A stretch of DNA of 64,000 bases, taken from positions 128,001 to 192,000 of the forward strand of contig CAWJMB010000002.1 in NCBI GenBank assembly GCA_963843845.1, read 5' to 3'. Under the pieces are notes generated by a model. The model was not told where the DNA came from and searched no databases. It worked only from the letters and a program-made list of their open reading frames with translations. Position numbers and translations under genes: made by a program. Source of the DNA: an uncultured Gemmatimonadaceae bacterium. Lineage in GTDB: Bacteria; Gemmatimonadota; Gemmatimonadetes; Gemmatimonadales; Gemmatimonadaceae. This document shows positions 50,101 to 62,900 of this stretch, in pieces; position 1 is the stretch's first letter, and every line of letters starts with the position of its first letter.

Positions 50101-51498
50101 GCCGTAGAACTCGGCGAGCCCCTGCAGCATCTCGTCGACGCGGCGGACGAGCGTGAGCGTCGCGTCGACGAGGCGCACGTTCTCCACGAGGTCACCTTCG
50201 AGCGCGTACGCGAAGTCGCTCTGCCCCGACGCGTGCGTCTCGACCATCGTCACCGCCTGGTAGCGCAGCAGCCGGCTCGACGTGCCGCGGAGCGTGAACA
50301 TGACTTCGGCGTCGGTCTGCTCGAAGCGCGGCGTCGTGCCGGCGGGCGGGAGGGGGTTCGGCGGCGCGGTCGGCCCGCCCGCCCGGTGGGCGGGATGGCC
50401 CACCGGCACGGCGAGGTAGCTCACGAGCGCGCCGCGCGCCTCGCCGAGCGCGCGGACGAGCGCGGCGACCCTGGCGAGCCCCCGCGCGCTCCGCTCCCAT
50501 TCCGCGGCGACCTGGCGCGCCTCCGGCAGGTGCTGCGCGACGTAGATCAACCCGCCGAGGACGTCCTCGAGCTGCCTGACGGACTGGACGCTCGTGCCCT
50601 GTGGCGGCGTGATCGTGACGTCGTGCTCGCTCCGCGTGATCGTCGCCGAGTGCACGCTCTCGTAGCCGGCGCGCAGGTCGCGGAGGATCCGGCGAAAGCG
50701 CGCCGCGTTCTGTCTGGCGAGGCGGTCGAACGCCCGCATCACCTGCCACGTCGCGCCCTTGCCGTCGGCGCGGAGGCCGAGCATCGCGACGGCGATGGCG
50801 TACGTGTCCCAGGCGAGCACGCGGTCGCGGATCGCGAAGAACGCGCGCGGCGCCGTGGTCTCGTCGGGGCTCCGCAGGCGCTCGGCGACCGCGGCCCAAT
50901 CGGGCGGCGGGTCGTCGCGCGCCGTCGACGTGGGCGTGTCGGGGGCGGCGTCGGGCGCGCTCCGAGGCTGCCGCGCGATGTGTCGGGTCGCCGCGCGGCT
51001 GATCGGTCCGGGCGCCGTCTGCGCGGCGACGCGCTCCGCTTCGATCTCGAGCGGATCGCCGGGCCGGCTGACGGTGCGCGTGGACGACGCGCGTGGCGCG
51101 GCGTCGCGCTGCTGCACGGTGTGCACGAGCTCATGCGCGAGCAGCCGGCGTCCGGCGATCGCGTCCGGCGCGTACTGGCCGGCGGCGAAGTAGATCGACT
51201 GGCCGAGCGTGAATGCCCGTGCGTCCGCGGCGCGCGCGGCGCGATCCGCTGTGGCGCCGTCGTGCACGCGCACATCGCCGAAGTCGTGACCGAAGCGCGA
51301 CTCCATCGTGCGACGTGTCGCGGGGTCGAGCGGTGTGCCGGCGGGCTCGCGTCTCGTGCCCAACGCGAGCGCGCTGGAGAGCGGACTCTGCGCGGCCGGC
51401 GTCGTGCGCACCATGCCCTGCGCCGCGGCGGGCCCGATCGGCGGCGTCGGCCGCGTCGCCGCGCGCGTCGCAGTCGGTACCCGACCCGCCTGCTTCAC
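47173..51498 (-). CDS. DUF4157 effector with hydrophobic central region and C-terminal PD-(D/E)xK-like nuclease
   Basis: MESRFGHDFGDVRVH..ARAFTLG..LLAHELVHTVQQ; tip GALFE..RSSDAF..WDMK..QVADY..VNYLF. Confidence 0.8.
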   Translation of the reverse strand: MKQAGRVPTATRAATRPTPPIGPAAAQGMVRTTPAAQSPLSSALALGTRREPAGTPLDPATRRTMESRFGHDFGDVRVHDGATADRAARAADARAFTLGQSIYFAAGQYAPDAIAGRRLLAHELVHTVQQRDAAPRASSTRTVSRPGDPLEIEAERVAAQTAPGPISRAATRHIARQPRSAPDAAPDTPTSTARDDPPPDWAAVAERLRSPDETTAPRAFFAIRDRVLAWDTYAIAVAMLGLRADGKGATWQVMRAFDRLARQNAARFRRILRDLRAGYESVHSATITRSEHDVTITPPQGTSVQSVRQLEDVLGGLIYVAQHLPEARQVAAEWERSARGLARVAALVRALGEARGALVSYLAVPVGHPAHRAGGPTAPPNPLPPAGTTPRFEQTDAEVMFTLRGTSSRLLRYQAVTMVETHASGQSDFAYALEGDLVENVRLVDATLTLVRRVDEMLQGLAEFYGASIDRLEEAKVLRELRSDVLYDLAASALPVAADASERRGVMAARLGDWIGTTADRRLATLRTGVGTLIDTVYQLPGAPSPSATNLPENAPLIDAIAEYGWELTQLLHRLEQLRTDAATVWSGPRDASYLAAVNALERRAGVAAASVPVLNMWGAGIGIYLDLMRSDVGDADDKAEWIAVVMQLRNGAVDYLATSDFAQLDRWVFRSQQNLYRLVDQIRDVRRRENNRRILLAIGALLATAATGGALSGLGAGAISITLGEAAAFTVVTSIATPIALGRTVSGVDVVREFAKSAVTFGVFRVLNVGIVAGAKLLVPQQAFAQFSIVFGGHLVAATGVGALIEYLEHGALPPDLTSFLVSSLVLTTLGALLGAPELMRQLQQGSGPLVSQLHSRILAIRAEAEAIQGMMRDPIVRGRLTEAQFELVKARQAWLSDEMAGALRRLAARDVAGWQRASLGLPEDASAVLNLAKLSQEFGLSIRAQVYPRPALTAGPPPPNEVVGDAIVLANGRYEYNPNMPGTTPHALTTRFRTAGYLVDNEAGVLRLTAPGETTPRYLLLPAGHSMPAPALARLVVAPGPDAADVLRRSQTHSAKGLRMLQAQTAVPSLEGTLTTLAVADADGVRALLVGLGRHVAATDAAALIGVAHALGAGASPRTLAVMMGLGSKEIGAADVQRALGRLATMGTPEFAGLDAIVRLRGDVRSATDRIVGILTRHDEPEAALRSLGVVEPRSESGLDQLVRGLASRDAGLRRQADDALHTGIELVVRTPTSRLRFERTTAGGAQVLTVRDASVTTAKVLRSYTPAELDHLVATTPDIVRIRTLGEGMVQGSAGALFEKWSWRYVLSSQGGISPVARLRVTQSDNGHIHLLAAGGRSSDAFLANPGPGARPGVTDIDVWDMKFYRTGGQIDDEQVADYLAMQKAGFVVNAADGQRYRIRFVNYLFESSAAARANAHAADAGATVWYVDDAGTLTLLP

Positions 51499-51508
51499 GG
51501 CGAACCCC

Positions 51509-52222
51509 CTACCGCTTCGCCGCGCGAAACGCGGCCGTCAGGCGCAGCAGCTCCTCCTCGCCGCTCGGCGTCAGGGCGTCCTCGAGGCGCGGTGCGCTGA
51601 CGAGCGACACGCCCCGGTCGTCGTGCCACTTCGTGTGATAGGCCTCGATGCGTCGCAGCGTGGGCACGGAGAAGTCCGCCAGGTGGCCGCCGCCGAGGAA
51701 GCTCGCCCACAGGATGCCCGGGCAGCTCGGCCCGGTCACGAGTGGCGGCCTGTACACCCCCGTGGCGAGCCGCGTGAACTGCGGCTCCGCGTGCACGAAC
51801 GCGGACTCGGTCGTGTCGGGGGTGTGCAGCGCGAGGAAGTGCGTGCGCAGCGCGTCGCTCGGTGCGGGGATCGCGCCGTCGGGCGTGGCGACGGCGAGGG
51901 TGATGAGACTCATCCCCGACAGCGCCGGAAAGAGGAGCGCGGTGAGCGTCCACCCCGGCGCGTCGTCGCCGACGTGCACGAAGATGCGGCCGTCGTCGCC
52001 GCGCGGCTGTTCGGCGATCGCGGCGACGAGGTCGGTCGCGGTTACCGTGCGGCGCCGGCGACGCCCGCTCAGCGGCTCGACCCAGGTCGCGGACGACACG
52101 AGGCCGAGCCCGATCCAGGCGTCGAGCAGCCGCGACGGGGTCGCGAGGTCAGTCCAGTCGTGGCCGCGCGAGGCGGTGCGCCAGAGCAGCTCGGTCGGTG
52201 CGGTCACGGTCGGTGCGGTCAC
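51509..52222 (-). CDS. Putative immunity protein
   Basis: 237 aa, no signal peptide, GTGA-coupled to the upstream toxin stop, lies between two nuclease toxins; PGILWASFLG motif. Confidence 0.55.
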   Translation of the reverse strand: MTAPTVTAPTELLWRTASRGHDWTDLATPSRLLDAWIGLGLVSSATWVEPLSGRRRRRTVTATDLVAAIAEQPRGDDGRIFVHVGDDAPGWTLTALLFPALSGMSLITLAVATPDGAIPAPSDALRTHFLALHTPDTTESAFVHAEPQFTRLATGVYRPPLVTGPSCPGILWASFLGGGHLADFSVPTLRRIEAYHTKWHDDRGVSLVSAPRLEDALTPSGEEELLRLTAAFRAAKR

Positions 52223-55200
52223 GGCAGGGGAACCATCTTGCCGGCGTCATCGACGTAGTACACGAACGCGCCGAGCCCTTTGAGCTTGCGATTGTTCTCG
52301 GCGAACTCTCTCGTCGCGAACAGGTAGTTCACCGACGTGACCTTCGGCAGGCCGGGCTGCGCGGTGTTCATGATCTTGAGGTAGTCGCCGGCCTGCACCC
52401 AGTCGATGTCGACCGAGTGCTTGAAGTCCCACAGCTCGCCGGTCGCGTCGATGAAGAAGTCGGCGGCGCGCCTCTCCTTCGCCAGCTCGAGCGTCGCGCC
52501 GGACCTGAAATAGACGCGTTTGAACACCTTGTTCTGGAACTCGGGCAGATGCATGCGGGCGAACGCCTCGAACATCGGGCCCTTGAGCGCCGCGCCCTGT
52601 CGCACGTCCGCCTTGAGGATCGCCGCCATGACCTCGTTGAACGCCCTGGCGTCGCTCCCCGTCTTCGCCGGCACGACGTACGTGAGGTACCGAACGAAGG
52701 TGTTGTAGCCGGTCTCGAGGTTCGTCGCGTCGGCACCGGTGAGGAACTTCGGGAGCGCGCCGAAGTCGTCGGCGGTCAACCCGGCCTTGCGGATCGCCTC
52801 CATCAGCGCCGGGTGCGAGTCGAGGTACGGCGCGATCTTGTCGACGTTCAGCCCCTTCGGCAGCGCCGCGAGCACCTCGGACGTGCTCGTCAGCTTCGCC
52901 GCCTTCGACCCCTTCGCGCCGAGCCCCGAGAGATGCGCGAGGATGTCGGCGAGGATCACCTTGCACGGCGACGAGCAGGCGAGCACGATCTTCATCGCCG
53001 CCGGGCTCAGCTCGGCGAACCGCTCCATCGCCCACGCGGGGAGCGACTTGAGCCGCTCGATCGCCTCGATCGTGAGCCACTTGAGCAGGTCGACGGGGAT
53101 GCGCAGCACCTCGGCGGCCCACTTCTGCGCTTTCGCGAGCGCCTCGCCGACCTTCAGCGCCTCGGCGAGCTTCACGAACGCCTTCGCGTCCTTGGCGCCC
53201 TCGGCGGCCTTGACCACCTTCGCGAGGAACGGGAGCTTCGCGACCAGCTTCGCGACCGTCGCCGACTTGCCGACCCACTTCAGGGCGGACAGTGCGCCGC
53301 CGCTGAAGAACAGCATCACGATCTCCATGATGATGTAGCCGATCAGCCAGCCGCGGAAATGCCACCTGTCCCACGTGCTCCCGCCGTTCCACCCGTCGTC
53401 GAGCCACTTCGACACGGCGTCGAACACGTCCGAGAGTTTGACGTTCTCGATCGTGTCCCAGAGGTTCTCGATGTCGTCGATGATCTCGCCGAGGATGATG
53501 CTCTTGACGAGCGAGAACACCATCTTGACCAGGTCGACGAGGCCGACGAGCAGGTCCCACAGCGACTCGAGCGCGCCGTGCAGCAGCCCGGCCACGAACG
53601 CGACCGACCCGATGAGGAACTCGCCGGCCGCGCTGAGCACGGCGCCTAACGTCTTGAACGCCTCGTACGAGATCGAGCCGCTGGAGACTCTGTCGTGCAG
53701 GCCCTTCGCGTACTCCTGCCCCGGAATCCAGATCTGGCGGCCGGCGAAGACCTGGCTCGCCTCCCAGTCGACGTCCGTCCGCCCCTCGTCGTCCGTCGTC
53801 AGCGACGGGTTCGTGATCCCCTTGCGGTCGGCCTGGTGGTTCACGAGCACCAGCACGTTGATGTAGAAGCGCTGGTCCATGCCGTACTGGAAGTTCGTGT
53901 AGAACTTCTTGACGATGCCGATCGCGGTGTCGCCGGACTGGATGCGGTAGAGCGTCGCCTCGGGGTCGGGCAGCGTCGTGTTGACGGTCGCCGCCGTCAT
54001 GTAGCCGGTGTCGCCCTCGCGCGTGACGACGAGGTACCAGCCGCCCGACAGCGTGCGCTCGACGGCGACGAGCGTGTTGAGGGGGAGGCGGCGAATCGGC
54101 ACGCCGTCGCGTGAGGTGTAGAACCACGCGCCCGCGTCCTCGCTGACGATGCCGAGCGAGGTGCTCTGCGTCCCCTCCTCCCAGACCGCCCGCTTCCCCG
54201 ACTCGAGCGGCTCGGCGTTGATCGCGTCGCGCTGCCGCTGCAGCTCGCCGAGGTTCTGCTCGGCCGTCGCGATGTCCTGGTCGGTGACGGTTCCCGCGTG
54301 CCTGAACGTGTCGATGTAGCGCTGGGTCGCCTCGATCGCCTCCGCCAGCTCGACGTGCGTGCCGGGGAACGCCGTGACGAGCGGCTCGTCGGGGCGGTAC
54401 GCCGCCGGGGCGTCGGCGGGCACCTCGCCCTCGCAGGCGTTCGGCTCCTCGACGAACGGCGTGGTGCAGCCGCTCGCCGCGCACAGCTCGATGAGCTCCG
54501 CGAGGTTCCGCTCGGCGATCGCCACCTGGTCGGCCATCGACGGATCGCTGCAGCTGCGGCTCGCGAGCCACGCCTCGGTGAGCTCGACCGCCCGTTCGAG
54601 ATCCTCGGTCGACGTCGGGGACTCGGTCAGCGGCACCGTCGGATCGAACGTCGCCGGGTCGACGTCACGCTGGATCACGGCGCGCTGCGCGGTGCCTGCG
54701 GTCGCGTGAGGCGCGTCGGGCACCCCGAGAGACGCGACAGACACGGCGTGCGGCGGTGCGACGTCTCGCGCGCCGCCGCCGCTCGTCACGCGCGTCGCCA
54801 CGTGCTCGGCCTCGCGCTCGAGCGGGTCGTCGACCGGCCCCACGGTGAGCGACGACGCGGACGGTGGGTGTCGCCGCGCGCTTCCCGACGCGCCGCCCTG
54901 TTGCACGACGTGCGTCAGCTCGTGCGCGAGCAGGTGGCGGCCGGCGGTCGTGTCCGGGGCGTACTGCCCGTCGCCGAACACGACGTCGGGGCCGGTCGTG
55001 TACGCGCGGGCCTGGAGCGCGCGCGCCGAGCGCGCGGCGTCGGGTCCGTCGTGCACGCGTACGGCGGAGAAGTCGTGGCCGAAGCGCGACTCGAAGAACG
55101 TGCGCGTGTCGCGGGGGAGCGGAGCGCCGTGCCCGCGCAGCGCGTCGACCTGCCGCCCGACGTGCGGCGCGACCGACAGCGGGCCGCCGCTCGCGTTCGG

Positions 55201-55485
55201 TGCCGCCGCGCGCTGGAGGTGCTGAACGCGCCGCTCTTCCTCGCAGCGCGGACACGGCGTGCCCGCGCCGGCGCACGGACATCGCTGCACGCCGCCGAGT
55301 GCGACCGGGGCGCGCAGCACGACCGTGCGCGTCGCGAGCGCCGCGGAGAGCGGACTCTGTGTGGCGCGCGCCGTCGGCGCGGCCGGCGTCGGGCGCGACC
55401 GATTCGCGAGCGCGCCGCCGGCCGCGGAGGGTGACCGCTTCTCCGCCCCCCGCGAGGGTGGTGCCGGCGCCGCGCCGCGCGTCAC
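52219..55485 (-). CDS. DUF4157 effector with SH3-like, LysM-like, hydrophobic and C-terminal PD-(D/E)xK-like domains
   Basis: CPC..CPRC; FESRFGHDFSAVRVH..LLAHELTHVVQQ; GWYLVVT..GDTGYM; YRIQSGDTAIGIV..IWIP; tip GPMFE..AADFF..WDFK..QAGDY..VNYLF. Confidence 0.82.
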   Translation of the reverse strand: MTRGAAPAPPSRGAEKRSPSAAGGALANRSRPTPAAPTARATQSPLSAALATRTVVLRAPVALGGVQRCPCAGAGTPCPRCEEERRVQHLQRAAAPNASGGPLSVAPHVGRQVDALRGHGAPLPRDTRTFFESRFGHDFSAVRVHDGPDAARSARALQARAYTTGPDVVFGDGQYAPDTTAGRHLLAHELTHVVQQGGASGSARRHPPSASSLTVGPVDDPLEREAEHVATRVTSGGGARDVAPPHAVSVASLGVPDAPHATAGTAQRAVIQRDVDPATFDPTVPLTESPTSTEDLERAVELTEAWLASRSCSDPSMADQVAIAERNLAELIELCAASGCTTPFVEEPNACEGEVPADAPAAYRPDEPLVTAFPGTHVELAEAIEATQRYIDTFRHAGTVTDQDIATAEQNLGELQRQRDAINAEPLESGKRAVWEEGTQSTSLGIVSEDAGAWFYTSRDGVPIRRLPLNTLVAVERTLSGGWYLVVTREGDTGYMTAATVNTTLPDPEATLYRIQSGDTAIGIVKKFYTNFQYGMDQRFYINVLVLVNHQADRKGITNPSLTTDDEGRTDVDWEASQVFAGRQIWIPGQEYAKGLHDRVSSGSISYEAFKTLGAVLSAAGEFLIGSVAFVAGLLHGALESLWDLLVGLVDLVKMVFSLVKSIILGEIIDDIENLWDTIENVKLSDVFDAVSKWLDDGWNGGSTWDRWHFRGWLIGYIIMEIVMLFFSGGALSALKWVGKSATVAKLVAKLPFLAKVVKAAEGAKDAKAFVKLAEALKVGEALAKAQKWAAEVLRIPVDLLKWLTIEAIERLKSLPAWAMERFAELSPAAMKIVLACSSPCKVILADILAHLSGLGAKGSKAAKLTSTSEVLAALPKGLNVDKIAPYLDSHPALMEAIRKAGLTADDFGALPKFLTGADATNLETGYNTFVRYLTYVVPAKTGSDARAFNEVMAAILKADVRQGAALKGPMFEAFARMHLPEFQNKVFKRVYFRSGATLELAKERRAADFFIDATGELWDFKHSVDIDWVQAGDYLKIMNTAQPGLPKVTSVNYLFATREFAENNRKLKGLGAFVYYVDDAGKMVPLP

Positions 55486-55497
55486 CGCGACGGCCCG

Positions 55498-59376
<3,879 letters not shown>

Positions 59377-59378
59377 GG

Positions 59379-60728
59379 TCAGCTCCTCCGCAGCATGAGA
59401 ACGACGTCGCGCCCGTCGTGCGGGCCCGACGGCGGGTCGGCGAGCGTGCCGGCGAGCGGCACGAGGTCGGCGCCCAACAGCGGCGTGGGGCCGGTGCCGC
59501 GCGCGATGAGTCGGATCGTCGAGCCGGTCGTCATCGTCTCCTTCAGGTCGATCGTGACGAGCGTGCCGGCGGCGTCGGGGGACGCGTCCGTGAGGTCGAG
59601 CGTGCGCCACCCCTCGCTGCGCGTGTAGCCGGTGACGGAGAACTGCGCCGGACGCACGCTCTCGCGATCGAGCGGCCGGTTCACGCTCATCAGGATCTTG
59701 CGGCGGCCGGTGATGCGAACGCTCGCCGGATCGACGCGTGGGCCGCCGGCATCGGGCACGGGCGGTGGCGCGGGGGCGGGAGCGCCGTCGCTCCCCGCGG
59801 CGGCGAACAGCGGGCCGCAGAGCAGCTCCTGGATCGTCGCGGTCGCGACGTGCGCGTGCCGCACGCGCACGTTCGGCGCCGGCAGCGGGTCGGCGACGGC
59901 CCACCCGTTCGCTCCCTGCCGCACGATGATCCCGGCGACGTCGGCGAGCACGACGTCGGTCGGATCTTCGGGCACGATCGACGCGACGGCGCCGGTGTCG
60001 TCGGCCTGCGGGCGCAGGTCGATCTCGTCGAGCGCGGCGAACTCGCGGAACGCGGCGAGGTACGCGGCCGGCTGCTCCCCCGACGACAGCGCGAGGATCG
60101 TCGCGCGCCGCGCCTGCACCTCGGCGAGCGCCGGCGTGTCGGGCTCGAGCGCGAACAGCGTGCGCAGGCGGTGGTAGCCGCGGTCCTTCGTCGGCGCGGG
60201 GCCCGGTCGGAGCAGCAGCTCGACGCTCTCGGTGACGCGCGAGTACGCGGTGTCGCGCTCGCTGCCGGCGCACGGGTCGGCGATCGACGGCACGGGCCGC
60301 GACGGACACGCCCGGAACTTCGCGACGACGTGCGCGTCGAACCGCTGCCCGTTCGGCGCGTCCGCGAACGTGAAGTCGGGGTCGTCCGCGTGCGCCGCGT
60401 ACCACCGGCCGAGGTCGACGCACGCGGTCGCGTCGAGGTGCAGCTCGCGGCCGGCGGCGTCGAGCGCGAGCCCCGGTGTCACGCTCAGCTCGCGGCGCGC
60501 GTTGAAGCGGACGTCGAGCCCCCAGACGACGCCCGCGCGGTGCAGCCACGCGTTGTGGAGCCGGATCTTGCCGCGCGGGTAGGCCTGCGCCGTCTCGAGG
60601 TCGTCGACGCCGAGGAGCATGCCGAAGTGGTACTGGAGCGCGGTGAACGGCGCGGACGGGAGCAGGGCGTCGGCCGCCGACGCGGTCGTGCCGTCGGTGC
60701 AGCCGCAGGGATCGATTGTCGTTGCCAT
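59379..60728 (-). CDS. eCIS-associated protein sharing an N-terminal domain with the downstream gene
   Basis: LQYHFGMLLGVDDL..QAY..LHNAWLH..GVVWGL..VTPGLALD..GREL. Confidence 0.7.
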   Translation of the reverse strand: MATTIDPCGCTDGTTASAADALLPSAPFTALQYHFGMLLGVDDLETAQAYPRGKIRLHNAWLHRAGVVWGLDVRFNARRELSVTPGLALDAAGRELHLDATACVDLGRWYAAHADDPDFTFADAPNGQRFDAHVVAKFRACPSRPVPSIADPCAGSERDTAYSRVTESVELLLRPGPAPTKDRGYHRLRTLFALEPDTPALAEVQARRATILALSSGEQPAAYLAAFREFAALDEIDLRPQADDTGAVASIVPEDPTDVVLADVAGIIVRQGANGWAVADPLPAPNVRVRHAHVATATIQELLCGPLFAAAGSDGAPAPAPPPVPDAGGPRVDPASVRITGRRKILMSVNRPLDRESVRPAQFSVTGYTRSEGWRTLDLTDASPDAAGTLVTIDLKETMTTGSTIRLIARGTGPTPLLGADLVPLAGTLADPPSGPHDGRDVVLMLRRS

Positions 60729-60869
60729 GACGGGCTCTCTGGTCGTCTGGTGCCTAACGGAGTGCGCTGTCCACTGCGAGACTCACTGCTGAACGCCGGG
60801 GCCGGCTACCGCGCGGCGGGACTCGCCGCATCGCCGTGAGTCCCGCCGTCGACCGGGGAGAGTCCGCAC

Positions 60870-62900
60870 TCATCGCGGCGCCCCCGGAAATGCCCGCCCC
60901 GCCTTCTCGTACTCCCGCCTCACCCCGCGCACGAGATCGTCGCGCGTGATGACCGTCCCCGCCGCCGCCGCGAGAAAGCCCGCCGCGACGGCCGCGTTCC
61001 GGATGTGCCCCCCGACGAGCGGGTAGAGCGCCGCCAGCTCGTCCGCCCGGACGTCGTCGGCGAGCGGCGCCGTCGGCGGGAGGTGCGCGCGCCACAGCGC
61101 CTCGCGCTCGGTGGCCGACGGGGTGTCGAAGTCGACGAGGAACTCGAGGCGGCGCGTGAACGCGGGGTCGAGGTTGTCGCGCAGATTCGTCGACAGGATC
61201 GCGAGCCCGTCGAACCGCTCGAGGCGCTGCAGCAGGTACGCCGTCTCGAGATTCGCGTAGCGGTCGTGCGCGTCGCTCACCTCGGTGCGGCGGCCGAACA
61301 GCGCGTCGGCCTCGTCGAACAGCAGCACGGCGTGCGCCTGCTCCGCGGCGTCGAACACGGCCGCGAGGTTCTTCTCCGTCTCGCCGATGTACTTCGACAC
61401 GACGCGCGACACGTCGACGACGAGCAGGTCGGCGCCCAACGCGCTCGCCATCACCTCGGCGGCGAGCGTCTTGCCCGTGCCTGGCGGGCCGGCGAAGAGC
61501 AGCCGCACGCCGCGCGCGCCGGGGCGGCCGCGGAGAAAGCCCCACTCGTCGACGACGCGCGTCTGGTGGGCGACGCGGGCGACGGCCTCGCGGAGCTGCG
61601 CGAGGCGGTCGGCGGGGAGCACGAGCTGCGACCAGTCGGCGCGCGGGCGCACGAGCTGCGCGCCGCCGCTCGCGGCGACCGAGGTGCGGGCGCGCACGCT
61701 CGCCGCGAGGTCGTCGGCGAGCGGCGGGCGTCCCGCGAGCGCGGCGGCGGCGCGCACGTCGCTCGCGACCGCGGCGACGGTGTGCGGCTCGAGCGTGTAG
61801 CGCGCGCCGAGCAGCGCGGCGTCGGGCAGCTCGGGGAGCGCCGTCTGCCAGAGCGTGTCGCGCGCCGCCGGCTCCAGCCGGTCCATCGCGAGATGGAGCA
61901 GTGGACGCGGGCCGAGTGCGACCGCGGCGTCGCGCGCCGCGACGAGCAGCGGGCCGGCGACGTCGTCGGGGAGCGCGGGCGGCGCCACGCCGTCGACCGG
62001 GGGCACGCGCAGCAGCGGCACGACGCCGCGCGCCGCGACGTGGAGCGCGAGCAGCGAGAGCAGCCGCGGCACGTCGGCGGTCACGCTGTGCATCGCGGTC
62101 GGCAGGGCGAGCGCCTCGAACGGCACGCCGGCGTGCCGCGCGAGCGCGGCGGCACGGTGCAGCGCGTCGTCGACGCGACTCGCCGAGACGAGCACGGTGA
62201 CGGCGGCGCCGTTGCGGAGCGCCGCGACGGCGCGCCGCACGGGCTCGGTCGCGAACCAGCCGTCGAGCGCCGCGCTCGTCGTCGCGGCGAGCGCGGGATC
62301 CTTCGCCGCGGTCACGAGGAGGCTGAGCGCGGCAGGCCACGCGCTCAGCCCGGCGAGCGTCGGCCACAGCGTGTCGGCCGGCGCGATCGACCGCTCGAAC
62401 AGCGGCGCGTCGTCGCCGCCGAGCGTGAGCGCTCCGCTGCGGGCGAGCGGGCCGTCGACGACGCGGGCGCGGAGCAGGTGGCGCGCGGGGAGCGTGGTCG
62501 CGAGCAGCTGCGCCGCGAGACCGACGGTCGGGCGCGGCTCGCCGCGCGGGTGCACGGCGCGGAAGACGGTCGCGAACCCCTCGTGCTCGTCCGCCATCCC
62601 GGCGAGCACGAGCAGGTCGGTGTCGAGCGGCGTGAGCTCGTAGGCGCGCACGAGCCTGCCTAACGGATGGCCCTCGTCGTCGCGCGCGCGCTCGGCGCCG
62701 GGGGCGTCGGCGTGCGTCGCGAACGCGCGCAGGAACTCGACGCCCGGTGCGGCGCCGTCGGCGACGGCCGTGGGCGTCTGCTGCAACAGCGCGGCGAGGC
62801 GCCCGGCCATCGCGGCGACCTCGCGCGACAACGCGGCGGCCGACACACCGCCCGAACGGCTCGCGTGGCCGGCTCGCCCCGCACGGCGCGCGTCAGACAT
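60870..62900 (-). CDS. AAA+ ATPase (Afp15/Pvc15-like)
   Basis: GPPGTGKT Walker A, VVSKYIGETEKNL, LLFDEADALFGRRTEV.DAHDRYAN.E..YLLQRLE, D.AF.RR. Confidence 0.9.
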   Translation of the reverse strand: MSDARRAGRAGHASRSGGVSAAALSREVAAMAGRLAALLQQTPTAVADGAAPGVEFLRAFATHADAPGAERARDDEGHPLGRLVRAYELTPLDTDLLVLAGMADEHEGFATVFRAVHPRGEPRPTVGLAAQLLATTLPARHLLRARVVDGPLARSGALTLGGDDAPLFERSIAPADTLWPTLAGLSAWPAALSLLVTAAKDPALAATTSAALDGWFATEPVRRAVAALRNGAAVTVLVSASRVDDALHRAAALARHAGVPFEALALPTAMHSVTADVPRLLSLLALHVAARGVVPLLRVPPVDGVAPPALPDDVAGPLLVAARDAAVALGPRPLLHLAMDRLEPAARDTLWQTALPELPDAALLGARYTLEPHTVAAVASDVRAAAALAGRPPLADDLAASVRARTSVAASGGAQLVRPRADWSQLVLPADRLAQLREAVARVAHQTRVVDEWGFLRGRPGARGVRLLFAGPPGTGKTLAAEVMASALGADLLVVDVSRVVSKYIGETEKNLAAVFDAAEQAHAVLLFDEADALFGRRTEVSDAHDRYANLETAYLLQRLERFDGLAILSTNLRDNLDPAFTRRLEFLVDFDTPSATEREALWRAHLPPTAPLADDVRADELAALYPLVGGHIRNAAVAAGFLAAAAGTVITRDDLVRGVRREYEKAGRAFPGAPR

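Noticed and set aside
60870..62900. ATPase as FtsH or a proteasomal ATPase
   Set aside because: No TM or protease domain; the DRYAN.E motif and gene context fit the CIS-associated family
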